A DNA stretch of 64,000 bases from Cenococcum geophilum (lineage: Eukaryota): NCBI GenBank assembly GCA_050273025.1, contig CP158635.1, forward strand, positions 13,268,001-13,332,000. Reading direction: 5' to 3'. The first letter of the stretch is position 1. Every line of letters begins with the position of its first letter. Shown here one piece after another: positions 10,140 through 22,375 of the stretch. Below the pieces are notes generated by a model. It searched no databases, was not told the DNA's origin, and saw nothing but the letters and a program-made list of their open reading frames with translations. The position numbers and the translations under genes were made by a program.

Positions 10140-13100
10140 CTATAGGAAATAGTTAATTAATTAATAGATAATAATAGAATACTTAAAGAAAGGATTACTG
10201 GAATCGGAGCAGCTAAGGTTAAGTTACCCTTAATTAAGCGATTCTTAAGAGAGAAGTTAAAACTTAAGGGATTCCTTATATAAATACACTTTAAGGTTAT
10301 GTAGGAAGGAGTTAAACTAGGAACGCCTATAGATTAAGTCGCTTACGCAGGATTATTCTTAACGGAAAGGGCACTTAAGTGGTTTAAATCTTACCTTATG
10401 GAGGTATAGGAGCACAGCATAATAACTACTAATTAAGAGGTATAATATATATTCTTAAGTTAAAACGGGTTCGTGGAAAGATTAATATAGATATTTAAAG
10501 ACCTAGAGGTAACTACTATAGTAAAAAGAAAGCTTTAAAACCTAGTATAAAGAACTTTAGTAATTAAGTATATAATATAGTTTTAAACGCTAGTAATATA
10601 AGTTAAATAGAATAATAAGGCGCTTATAGTATAGTATAAGTAAGGACTTAAGGTAAAAGTCTAAAATATAATTATTTTAATAAAAGATACGGACACTTTT
10701 AGGGAATTAATTAATTAAGTAATTAAGATTAATAATAGGATCTATTAAAGAGAGCAGACTAAAAAGGGTTAGGATAGAGTTCTATAGTTATATAAGGCGT
10801 AAGGTACGTAATAATAAAGCTAAAGTTAAAAACTATAGTATAGCGCAGATTTAATAGACCTAAGCGGTACTAAAGAAAATAAGAAATAAAATAAACAACT
10901 ATAGAAACCCAGAGGATAAGAATTAAATAATTAAAGGTCTAAGGAGTAAAGGCTAAACTAGGGATTTTAGTAGCAAAAGACATTTAGGCGGACTCTATAG
11001 TAAGAAAAATAGTTTAAAAAAGGAGTTTATATAAATTGCGGAAAATAGGGTTATTATATTAAAGACTATAGAAATAGTTAGAGTTACTATATAGTAAAAG
11101 AAATAAGACTAGTAGACAATATATATATATAGAGGGACGATAATATACTACAAGGAACAAAAGAATATTTAATTAAAAGTTTTACATTTTATTATAATAA
11201 CGTATACTAAATTTATAAGACGCTAAGTATAGCGTAAGCTATTGGCTATAGGAGCTAAAATTAGTAGAGTTTAGAGAAACTAATAAACTAGTTTATAAAT
11301 TGGATATTAAGGATAATAAATTTAATATAGGCGAAATATTTAGTAATAATAAGGTAATAAAAGTAGCTTACTAGAAGTATATAGATCTTAAAGATATTAT
11401 AAAAAAATAGAGGATAATTCCACTATAGAATAGGGAATATTAGTAGGGATTAAGACCCTACTAAATACGATGTTTATCGCTTTATAAGACGCAAAAGAAG
11501 TAGGACGATAAACTACTTCGGTACTTAATAAAGGCAAAAGGCTAAAGGCTTAAGATTCTTAAGACGAGATATAAGACGCTTAAGATTCCTAAGATAGGAT
11601 GAGATAAGCTTAAGGACCTATAATAGATAATAACCAATGGAGCAGAGCAACGGCTTAGTTTAGTAACATATAAATAAGCTTAGGACGAAGTTTCCTAAAG
11701 GCATAAGACTCTTAAGACGAGATAAGTAAGATTTAAGATTTTTAAAATAAGATAAGAACACTATAGAAGCCTAATTAAACTAAGGCTAGAGCTAAGCTTA
11801 AGAAAGAAGTAAGCTTAGAATTAAGAATCCTATAGGACTAAGATTTTAGTAATAAAATAAGGACTATTAAAGAAATTACGAGCAAGGCTTAGCAACAGGA
11901 TTAAAATATTAATACTAAGATTAAGAAGTAAGAAGACTTTAAAAATCTACTTATAAGGCGAAAACCAAAAGAAATTAGGGAGAAATTTAGACAGAGAATC
12001 CTTACTTAGCAAGAACAGAAACTAGATTAGAAAACTAGTACACTAGGTTATATAAGGGATAGGGCACCTATATAAAGAATTACTAATAGGCCTAGGGCAG
12101 GTATACTAAGAGCTAAGTAGCTTACTAAACTAGAAGATAAAGAGGATTTAGGGATCCTTACTAGGTTTAAAGAACAACATATAAAGGGCTATTACGATAT
12201 AGTAATAAGAAGATACTTCCTTATGGACAAACTGTATACACTTCAACAGCTATACTAAAAATAGTATAGGCAACGACATAATAATAAGTAAGAATATTTC
12301 TATATATAGTTGGGTAAAAAAGTTATTTAGGACTACCCTATTATAGAGAAGGCTATAACTTATATTAAAGGAGCCTTAATTATAATATTAAAGGATCTAA
12401 AGGAACGATTAAAGGACTAGAGAAGTAAGAGATATATCTTAGTACCTGTAAATAAAGTCGTAACGTCTAGATTAATATAGTAAAGGTTTAAACTTAAAGA
12501 TAAAGATAAGTTAAGAGTTAACCTAAAGCACCTAGTATACTATACGCTATTATAGATCGCATATATAAACAACGTATATAAAATGTATAAAAATCCAAAA
12601 GAGAAAAACCGGAAGTACTCTATAAGGATATATTGGGCGCCAAATAAGCGATAGTATAGGAATGCTAAGTATATACATAGATAGCATCTAGTAGAAGTTT
12701 AGGAGTTAGGAGACTTAATACTTTAATTAGAAAGATTCCTTACAGAAAAATGCTTAAATAGATAATAGTAGTAAAAATGTCTAGAGAATACTTATTTATG
12801 GTATATTAAAGATAAAAAGCGAACTAGGTATTAGCTAAAGAGTAAGCCAAGTATATAAGGATCTAGTAGCTAATAGTTAGGAAAAGTAAATGCCTATGGG
12901 ATTAAAGGGAGCCAGTAATAAACCCTTAAACCCTTAAAGGAATTTAAGGATAACACCTAAATTTATAAGTTAAATAGTAAGATTAGCAGTTTAAAGTACT
13001 AATAGATAGTGGAGTAATACGGAACTATATCTTATTAGCAGCAGTTAAGAGAATAGGATTACCTTATAGATAGAAGGAACAACCTTACCTATTATTTACA

Positions 13101-16100
13101 ATTTTAGGAGATCTAATAGCCTATAGAGGAGGCATTATTAACCTTAAAACAGGACCTATTTAAATAAACATTAAAGGGAGATAAATTAAGATATCTTTTA
13201 ATATCTTACTATTAGGACAAAATAAGGCAGTATTAAGAATGCCTTAGTTATAGGAATATAATCCAAAAATTAATTAGATTATAGGTTAGGTCGATATTAG
13301 AGATACTTAATGGCGTAAGATATAATAATAGACTAAGTTAGTATAGTACTAAGTCGGAGTAATATATAAAGAGATTAAGCGAGGCTTAAGTTATATACTA
13401 AAGAGATACCATAAGTATAGCAAAAAGTTATAAAGCCTAAAAAGTAAAAGGCTAGCAGATTATATAGCATAGAACTATAAGATAGAGTTAAAACTAGAAA
13501 TAAGTCTAAGGTTCTTTCTAACCTATAAGCTTACTTAAGAGGAGTTAAAAGTACTTAAAGAGTTTATCTAGGAAAACTTATAAAAAGGATATATTAAACT
13601 ATCGCAGTTATTAGCGGAATATTTAGTATTATTTATACCAAAGAAGAATAGAAAACTTAGGCTATATATTAACTACAAACAGTTAAATGGCATTACTTAA
13701 AAGGATAGGTATTCTTTACCCTTAATTAGCGAAATCTAGGACTAGATAGGTAATATGTAAATCTTTACAAAGATAGATCTAAGGTAGGTATACTATTAGA
13801 TTAAAATTAAGAAAGGCGATAAATAGAAGGCAGCCTTTAGATTAAGAGAAGGACTATATAAACCATTAGTTATACAGTTTAGGTTAATAAATATACTAGT
13901 AATATTTTAAAAAAGAATTAATAGTATATTAGGAGAATACCTTAATAAGTTTGTTATAGTATACCTTAATAATATTATTATCTACTTAATAACTAAGGAA
14001 GAATATAGAGAGCATGTTAAATAGGTTTTAAAAAGACTATAAAAAGAATAGATACTAGTAGCAATTAAGAAATACGAGTTCTTTATAAGGAAGACCGATT
14101 TTATTAGGTTTATTATTAAACTAGGTTATATTAGTATAGACCCAAAGAAGATTAAAGCCATAGTAAGTTAGTAAGAACTAGAGAACGTAACGCAGTTAAG
14201 GTTATTCTTAGGGTTTTATAACTACTATAGAAGGTTTATAGCATAGTGGTTAAAAAACATTAAACTATTTACTAGGCTTATAAAGAAAGAGGGATTGTAG
14301 GCATAGGGAGATAAATAAAAGAAGTTATTTAAAGAACTTAAAGAGTTATTTACCTAGGAGCCAATTCTTAAGATCTACTAACTAGGACTAGACATGGTTA
14401 TAGAAACGGACGTATTAGACTTTATACTAGGAGTATATTTGCTATAGAAGTATAAGGACGTATAGTACCCAGTAATATACTATAGTTGGAAGATAATACT
14501 ACTAAAGTTAAACTATAACGTCTATAATAAGGAGTTATTAGGTATAGTTATAGCACTTAGGGAATAAAGAGCATTTTTATAAGGCGTAGAGAAACTATTT
14601 ATAATTAAAATAGATTATAAGAACTTAACGGGGTTTCTAATAATAAAAGAACTTAATTATAGATAGGTTAGATAGGCAGAGATGCTTACAGAATACTATT
14701 TTAAGATTTAGTATACTAAAGGAACTAAAAATATAAGGGTAGACGTACTTAGTAAAAAAGCTAAACTATAAAATAATAAGAAACTATTAGGAGTAATACT
14801 ACACAGAGATAAGGATGGATTAATTAGATATAATTACCCTAAACTAGTAGTAACTTAAGAGGATAATAAACTAAAAAGAGTCTATAAGACACTAGAGAGC
14901 TTTTAAGTATAAAGAATTCTAGAAGTATAACTAGAAGATCTATAGATGGATATATACGAAAATTAAAAAATAAAGTATATCCTAAAAAGCATAGTAGAGC
15001 ATTTTATAGAAGATTTCTATAAGGAAATAACTTAGGGACATAATAAAGCGACAGGCTTAGTGTTAAGACTTTAGGAAGAATACATTATTAATAGAATTTA
15101 GGGTATAGCTAGAAAAGTAATAAAAGAGTGTTTAGATTGCTAAAGGAATAAACTAATAAGGTATAAGCTATACGGAGGGCTATAACCTATTAAAATACTA
15201 GAGAGACTATAGGAGTTTATATTATAGGACTTTATTATTAAATTACTAAAGTTAAGAGATCCTATTACCAGATAAGAGTATAATATAATCTTAGTAATAG
15301 TAGACAAGTTAACTAAATAGGGCTACTTTATAGCATGCATAGAAGAAATCTTAGCAGAAGATATCACTAGAATCTATATTAAAGAAGTATTTATAAGATA
15401 TAGAGCACTAAGCAAGATTATATTAGATAGAGATCTAAGATTTATAGCAGCATTTTAGGAGGTATTCTTAGCGGAATAAGGGGTTTGCGTAGTAATATTA
15501 ATAGCATATTATCTACAGACGGACAGATAAACGGAAAGATTAAATTAAACGCTAGAATAGTATTTAAGATATTATATTAATTATATATAGAATAATTAGG
15601 TATTACTATTACTAGTTATATAGTTTATATACAATATAACACTATAGGAAGTAATAGGCATATTACTATTTAAGGCAAATTATAGATATAAGCTAAGAAT
15701 ATTATTATTACTACAATAAGTAAAGAAAACAAGTAGCACAGCTAAAGAAAAAATAAAGATGTTAATAAATCTTTATATAAACCTTATAGAATTAGCGAAA
15801 AAGGTATAAAAGAGAATAAAAAGGTACTATAACGCTAAGAGATCTAAGGGACTAGATCTTAAGGAGGGGGATAAAGTATAGCTACTATATAAAATTTTTA
15901 AAAGTTAATAACTAAGTAAGAAATTGGACCATATTAGACTAGGACCTTTTAAAATTATTTAGAGGATTTTACTAGTTACGTTTAAGTTAAACCTACTAGC
16001 TAAGATAAAGATTTACCCTATATAGTATATTGCAATGCTAAAGCTAGTATATAGGAATATTAAGCTACTAATTTATAAAGTAGACACGTATAGAGGATAA

Positions 16101-16290
16101 GAGGAAAATAAATAGTAAGTTTTAAAGATTATTAGTTATAAGGATATTAACAATAAAATATAGTATAAGGTTAAGTAGATAGGCTATAATAAAACTACCT
16201 AGGAACTACTATAAAATTTAAAGAATGCTATAGAAAAGGTATAGGAGTATTAAAAGAAAATGGGTTAGGTAATATTAAGAAAAAGCTAAA
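10140..16290 (+). pseudogene. RIP-degraded gag-pol
   Basis: De-RIPed: gag ERFSGEKSKLKGFLTQM; CCHC knuckle C.NCGKQGHYIKDC ~11030-11070; protease IDSGATRNYI ~13002; RT YLDDIIIYS 13962; RNase H VETDASDFALG ~14400; integrase RPWE..SWDFIVKLP ~15203 and AYHPQTDGQTER ~15504; chromodomain ~16110-16250. Confidence 0.93.
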
Positions 16291-16888
16291 GATAAAGGGA
16301 TTAGTTAAAGGCGATAGATAAGCCAAATTATCTAAGGGATTTACCACTAGCGTATAAGCTGTTTCCGCCTCTTCTTAATTAAAATCCTTTTTAGCCTCCT
16401 TAGCCTTAAGTTTAGATAGACCTTACTCTACTAAATAAAGCTCTTTTAAGCGTACTTTTTTACGGACCTTTACTAGACGGCTTAGGCGAGTATAAATATC
16501 TAGTTAAGCTTTTAGAGCTTAAGATGCCTTATTAAAACGACGCTGAACTTTAGCAAGGGCCTCGGCTAGCTTACTCTCTAGTTTTTCAGCCGCTACTAAT
16601 ACGCGCGACCCTAAGACAGATTAGATAAGAAACTAGACAATTATAAGAAATAATAAAATATATATACTTAGTATTAGAGACGGATTAAACATTATAGGAT
16701 AACCGTATATTCGCTCGCGTATACTTAATATAAGAAGAAGGTTAGCAACTAGACGGAGATGCGATTATAATATATACTAGCTTTTTCTCTATATAACAAG
16801 AATAGGATAGTATAACTTTACTAAGTAATAGAATAAATGTTACTAGCTAGTTATAACGATTAGGCGTAAATAATCTAATAGGAGGTAT
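16230..16888 (-). pseudogene. antisense extra ORF of the Gypsy element: Cys6 zinc-cluster-like motif plus coiled coil, one intron
   Basis: De-RIPed MPPIRSS...GEVMPSCSRCTEKKLVC.......QPSSC.ECTRANMRSSCDV; intron 16665-16611 (ctaat branch, ttag acceptor); then WSRVLAAAEKLE...ARLSRLVKVRKKVR..E...VEQGLSELEAEE. 3' end approximate. Confidence 0.7.
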
Positions 16889-16995
16889 TAGGAATAATAA
16901 AGGTTATTAAATTAAAGATAGAAATGCTATACCTCTAATAGACGACTTAGAGATAGGAGATATCTTTAAGGATAAAGAAAAGAGGAGGGGGGTAG

Positions 16996-17415
16996 TATTA
17001 CGGACCTTATATTAGCAGTAGCGCAACTACTAAGAATAGACATAAATAGGTTAGTTAAAATAGTATAGGAGGCGCTAGAACCGATTAAGCTATAGGATAA
17101 GGGGTAGCTAAGTTACGTGGCTAGTTACGTTATAAGTTCGGAATATAGGAACATAGGAATATAGAAACGTGACGTACTAACGTACTAATATACCAACGTA
17201 CTAAACCCTTTATTATAGAGAGGAGTTATATATTTAAGGACGCACAGTCTTTATAGGTAGTTTCTTTTCTTTGTAGTGAATCTTAGAATATAATTAGAGT
17301 TAATCTATTAGGTAACCACTCCACTAGTTATTATTACGTTGTTGACTTCTTATTTACCTACATACCCAGCCCATTAACAAGTCCACCGTAGTATTTCCTA
17401 CAAGGCTTCGTTACA
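16996..17415 (+). repeat. 3' LTR (long form)
   Basis: Begins tattacgg (RIPed TG...) just after the PPT and ends cgttaca; internal short tandem repeats (atataggaac, aacgtact). Confidence 0.85.
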
Positions 17416-17449
17416 GTCTACCGTAATACTCCTATAAGGTTTTATTATA

Positions 17450-17803
17450 CTTATCTAATAGCTAATAGAGCTCTATAAACTTATTTATCTACTTTATAAG
17501 CTTATCTATTATATCCTCTATAAAGAATAGACTAAATATCGTAAGGGCATCGCTTGTATTAAGGTTAAGTAGAAGATTTAACTAGCTATAATCGCTAATT
17601 ATTAATTTTTAGGGTTTAAAGCTGGGTATTAGCTAAGGCTTTAAAGGATTTTTTTGTAATTTGAGTCAGTGGAACCTTGTATTATATGCATTAAATAATA
17701 TTTAGGTCTTTAAATCGAGAAGAGGAGACTATATTGGCAGTGAGGGTGACCAGGGGCCCGGTCTGTTGAGTTGGACATATCTCAAAACTCGTAGCTGAGG
17801 GGG
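17450..17803 (-). mobile_element. piggyBac 5' fragment (terminus plus transposase N-terminus), truncated by LTR sequence
   Basis: Minus strand from ~17701 de-RIPs to ...PSFEP......GQSNLPPNLDTSDALAIFSLFFTEDIIDELVEWTNEFAE, the typical start of the piggyBac DDE_Tnp_1_7 domain. A CCCCCTCAG terminus-like sequence starts at 17803, but is flanked by GTGA rather than TTAA. Confidence 0.7.
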
Positions 17804-18073
17804 TCACTCTTTGGTAATGCAACGAGTATCAAGTGGAGCCTTGTATTCGAACATAGTTATCATCTCGAAGGTAGTGAAGTCGGTATTGAAGAGAGGCGTG
17901 AACAATATTGAAAGCCGTCGGGCAGATCCCTGTTCGGGGAAACCTTGGGGGAAGCCCGAGAAAGTGCCCGAAAGCTGGCGGGAGCTCAACCTCAACTCCA
18001 AATTTAAGGACCAACACCACATCTCCCTCACATCTCCTCTCTCTTCCTCTTCCCTTTCTCGATCTTATCAGAT

Positions 18074-19614
18074 ATGTTCGCGAGGACGTTACGGAAAAGC
18101 ATAGCATCGCCGCTACGGCGTAACGCTTTTGTTCCTGTGACAAGACCGGCGTTCAGGACGGTCACCACCGACGCGGCTTCCTCGCATGCTGACAAGGAGA
18201 GCGTACCGGAGGTAGGGCCACCAATTCCTACCCACAGGATACACAATTAAGAGGGCAATTGCTAATGATCAACAGGAAGATGACAAGCCCTTCAAAGTCC
18301 ATCTCTCTGATGAGAGCTTTGAGACATACGAGCTCGATCCTCCGCCATACACCCTGGACACCACCAAGAAGGAATTGAAGCAGATGTACTACGATATGGT
18401 GGCAGTACGGTGAGTACCACTTAAATAAGCTTAATTGATACCATATATGGTCTCTGAACCTAATTTCTTCCACTCTGCAGACGAATGGAAATGGCCGCCG
18501 ATAGACTCTACAAGGAGAAGAAGATTCGAGGTTTCTGCCACTTGTCTACTGGGCAGGAAGCCGTCGCTGTCGGTATTGAGCATGCCATCGACAAGTCCGA
18601 TAGCGTTATCACAGCCTACCGTTGTCACGGTTTTGCTATGATGCGCGGTGGAACTGTCAAGTCTATTATCGGCGAACTACTAGGCCGTAGAGAGGGTATC
18701 GCCTATGGCAAGGGTGGCTCTATGCACATGTTTGCTCCTGGATTCTACGGTGGTAACGGTATTGTCGGCGCACAGGTCCCTGTTGGTGCTGGCATTGCAT
18801 TCGCGAACCTCTACGAGAACAAGAACCATGTGACCTTGGCGTTGTATGGCGATGGTGCATCGAATCAGGGACAAGTTTTTGAGGCATTCAACATGGCGAA
18901 GCTGTGGAACCTACCTGTTATCTTCGGATGCGAGAGTAAATCAGCCTTCTCCGAACGCAAAACTGCCTGGAATATGACGCTAACATAATAATAACCAGAC
19001 AACAAGTACGGCATGGGAACTGCAGCCAATCGTGCCGCAGCGTTGACGGATTACTACAAACGTGGTCAATATATCCCAGGTCTCAAGATCAACGGCATGG
19101 ACGTCCTGGCCGTCAAGGCTGCCGTCCAGTACGGTAAGCAATGGACCAGCGCTGGCAAAGGTCCTCTGGTCTATGAATATGTCACTTACCGATATGGCGG
19201 ACATTCGATGAGTGATCCTGGTACCACTTATCGCGTAAGTTCTCACTTTAGACTTGACAATTGAAAGCCGTAAAACTAACACTCTTTTCCATCACCTAGA
19301 CTCGTGAGGAAATTCAACGCATGCGCAGCACCAACGATCCTATCGCCGGCCTGAAGCAGAAGCTCATTGACTGGGGTGTTGTATCTGAAGATGAACTAAA
19401 GCAGATCGACAAGGACGCCCGCTCCTCTGTTGATGCCGAAGTCGCCGAAGCCGAGAAGATGGCCCCGCCTGACCCAACTCCTCAGATCTTGTTCGAGGAT
19501 ATTTACGTGAAAGGCTCAGAGCCCGAGTACCTGAGGGGTCGGACCCCAGAGGAGAACTTTTATTACACCGAGGCAGATACTCCTGCGGGCCCAAAGTCTG
19601 TTGCAAGAACGTAA
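18074..19614 (+). CDS. PDA1: pyruvate dehydrogenase E1 alpha subunit, mitochondrial; exons 18074-18211, 18276-18409, 18481-18935, 18999-19234, 19300-19614
   Basis: [18 protein letters not shown] motif [31 protein letters not shown]-rich presequence; canonical introns. Confidence 0.98.
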
Positions 19615-20217
19615 AAGATGTAATTGGTGGGCGAGGTGTGAAGTTCTGAGGTGAAGCTGGAAGTAGGGGAGTGAAGGGTCGGAAGTTTTGGATTCAGAGT
19701 CTAGCAGGTATTCTGAAAAAGTTGTAATATTACAATCCTGTGACATTGCTGCTGTCTTAGCCTTCTCTTCCTACCGCACGTCATCCGAGTCATATAGAGA
19801 TTATTGTACACAGTTACAAGACAGTGGAATATGTTGTGATTGATGTGTTGCTTTGCATCTCCATCCCGAAAGAACCTCACCGTTGCTGATATACATAAAA
19901 AGTTTAGTCATGATCCCGGTACTAGTTATAACTCCCGAAACCTCGAAGGTAGAGGCTGCATAGGAGCCCACATTAGGCGCAGTCAATGCTAAAGAGAACG
20001 CATTCCAGCACCAGCTACCCATGGGATATCGAAAAGTACCAGCCCAACCCCTTTTAATCCTAATCTATAACGCACTTCGAAATGTTCTATCAACTGCATT
20101 TGTACCTAAATCATAGCAATATTCCGATCTAGGGCAGTTATATCGAAGCGGTGGGAGAAAATGGCCAGGAAGGTATCCGGAACATATCCGCCTTAACGCC
20201 CATCCCATACCCATAAA

Positions 20218-21937
20218 TCATCCCGCAACCTTCGGCCTCTTCGCCGCAATGACCTCCCGCGCACCTCCTACCACATCCTCATCATCGTCTTCATCTTCCT
20301 CGTCTACCACCCTCTTCTTCCTCTTCCCCCCATGCGCTGCACTACCGTTCGCCTCCTGCACCTTCGCCCACTTCGCCCGCTTCTCCACTCCCTCCAGTAA
20401 CCGCGTATAGTCCGCCTCCACACCCTTCGCCGTCTCCTCGACCTTCTCTATCCGCTCACTCTGCTCCATCTGCGCCAGCTGATCCGCATTATGTCGATAC
20501 AGGCGCTCCTTCAACGCCAGGCGCCAGAAATAGTAGCGGCGGTCATTCTCGTGACCGCTCTTCTCCTTGCGCGTGATACGCGCAGTGCTGCGGTGGAGCG
20601 GCGGGATGGTGCTGAGTAGGTGCATCTCGACGAGGCGGGCGAACTGGCGCGGAGAGATCTTGGCGGCGCGGCGCAGCGCGGTGAGGGTTTCTTCTGGTCC
20701 GAGGATCAGGTCGGTGGGGATGTCGGCGTCTTTTTGCAGTGTCGAGGCGGGTAGGGCGGTGGGCAGGGAGAGTGAGGCGAAGGCGGGGAGTGTGCGCAGG
20801 TACAGCATGTCGCAGTAGTCACGCATGTCGTCGAAGGCTTCGTTCGGGTCTTCGACGGTGATTTCGTAAATGTTGGGTGTGGAGACGAAGAGAGTGAACA
20901 TGGTGTTGTAGAGGTGGGTGCCGTGGGATTGGGACTGGTATGGAGGGAGGATCACGAATTGCGATATCCGTTCGCGTGAGGGGGCGGAGAGAGGATTGTA
21001 TGGTTCGGCATATCTAAAAGTTTCAGGATTTGTGGCTAGTTGTGGTGGTGTATAGGAGGTCAAATTGCCGTTTGAGGTATCGGTGATGGAGCCGGTTGCG
21101 CGCAGGATTTCTAGGGTTGGGAAGATCCAGAGACGGTAAGAGGTAGAGAAACCGGCAATGGTATAAGGCGAGGTTCCAGGTAATTTCTTCAGTGGGGTGA
21201 CTTCGTAGACAAGAAATAATGTCCAGCGTTCCATTGTCCAGTCTTGATCATCTAAATTCTGACACGTGCCGCCTTCGATATAAAACGGGATGAATATCTG
21301 CATTCGACGGAATATCTCCTTGGCTGCAGGGTCAGCCAGGCAGGCGCTCCATATTTCGAATTGCTTGCCATGTAACAAATAGCTATGCAGAAGTTTGCCG
21401 GGAGGCTTCCAGGAGCTATCAATCACATCTGATTCTATCGTATCCGCGGAAGTATTCGCCGCGTCAAAGACATCTATAGATTGTCAGCCTCATAATTTCT
21501 AGTTTCAATTTACTAGATGCTCCATATTTAGAACTCCTCCAGGAAGTTCTATTGTCTACGCAACTGCCGAGTCATACATTCTGGAAGATAATCCTTCAAC
21601 ATTTCCTTCAAGTCCATAGCTTTCGTATGGCCAATAGGTTTCCATTTCTCTTCATACTGGATATCCAGAGAAAGCTTGAGATCGTTGGCGCGAAAATCAA
21701 GGTTCAATTCCAAATCAATATATCCAAATATCGTCTCATCTTCGCCGAAGATTGGGTAGGTAAAGGTGGGATGGAACGGCTCCTCAAAGACTCGTAGGTT
21801 TCCAGATTTGCTAGTTGGGCGGACGAGGTTAATGTTCAGCGCTTCATTGGAGCTGACCAACCCTGATAGAGAAATTAGTGCGCAATGATCAAGCAAGTTG
21901 CTGAAGTCAACCCACATTTCTCAAGTTCTTCCGCCAT
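20218..21937 (-). CDS. HAT1: histone acetyltransferase type B catalytic subunit (3 exons)
   Basis: FHPTFTYPIFGEDETIFGY, FYIEGGT, RERISQFVILPPYQSQSHGTHLY, EITVEDPNEAFDDMRD. Confidence 0.95.
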
Positions 21938-22375
21938 AGTATTTAAGTCCCGCGCTCGGCGCCGATGCTGTAGACTGTACAATAGGTAGATGCAACTGTT
22001 TGCAGGAATGCGAAACAATTGTTGGCGTTGGATTAAGACCAGGGCGTTGGCGGAGGAAGAGTTAAAATGGAGAAAGTGAATGAAGATCAGTCGCGAAAGA
22101 AGGCGACGTTCACGCGTCAAGCGTCTCGGTTGGCCTTGTTCTTATGTACATAGCCCTGCATATGGCAATCAAGGAACTCTAGCTTGATCAACACTCCCGC
22201 ATACCACGAAAGACTGCCACTTCAACTTCGACACAGCACGCCAAAGGCATGGGTCGCTAAAAAGTAAAATGCTCTGGCCCGTACGTTATTCAGCTACTCC
22301 TTGAAAGACTTATCGACTATAAATCCACCATTTGATCAACGACGTCAGGAGCTCAACTCTTGACCATAGGCCAAC

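Larger units (their letters stand above)
9769..17415 (+). mobile_element. RIP-degraded Ty3/Gypsy (chromovirus-type) LTR retrotransposon
   Basis: LTR homology at both ends; polypurine tract ~16974-16992; gag-PR-RT-RNaseH-IN-chromodomain order. Confidence 0.95.

Noticed and set aside
17804..18246. Short ORF-track entries around the PDA1 5' end
   Set aside because: They overlap the promoter, UTR or exon 1 in other frames or strands and have no recognisable motifs.
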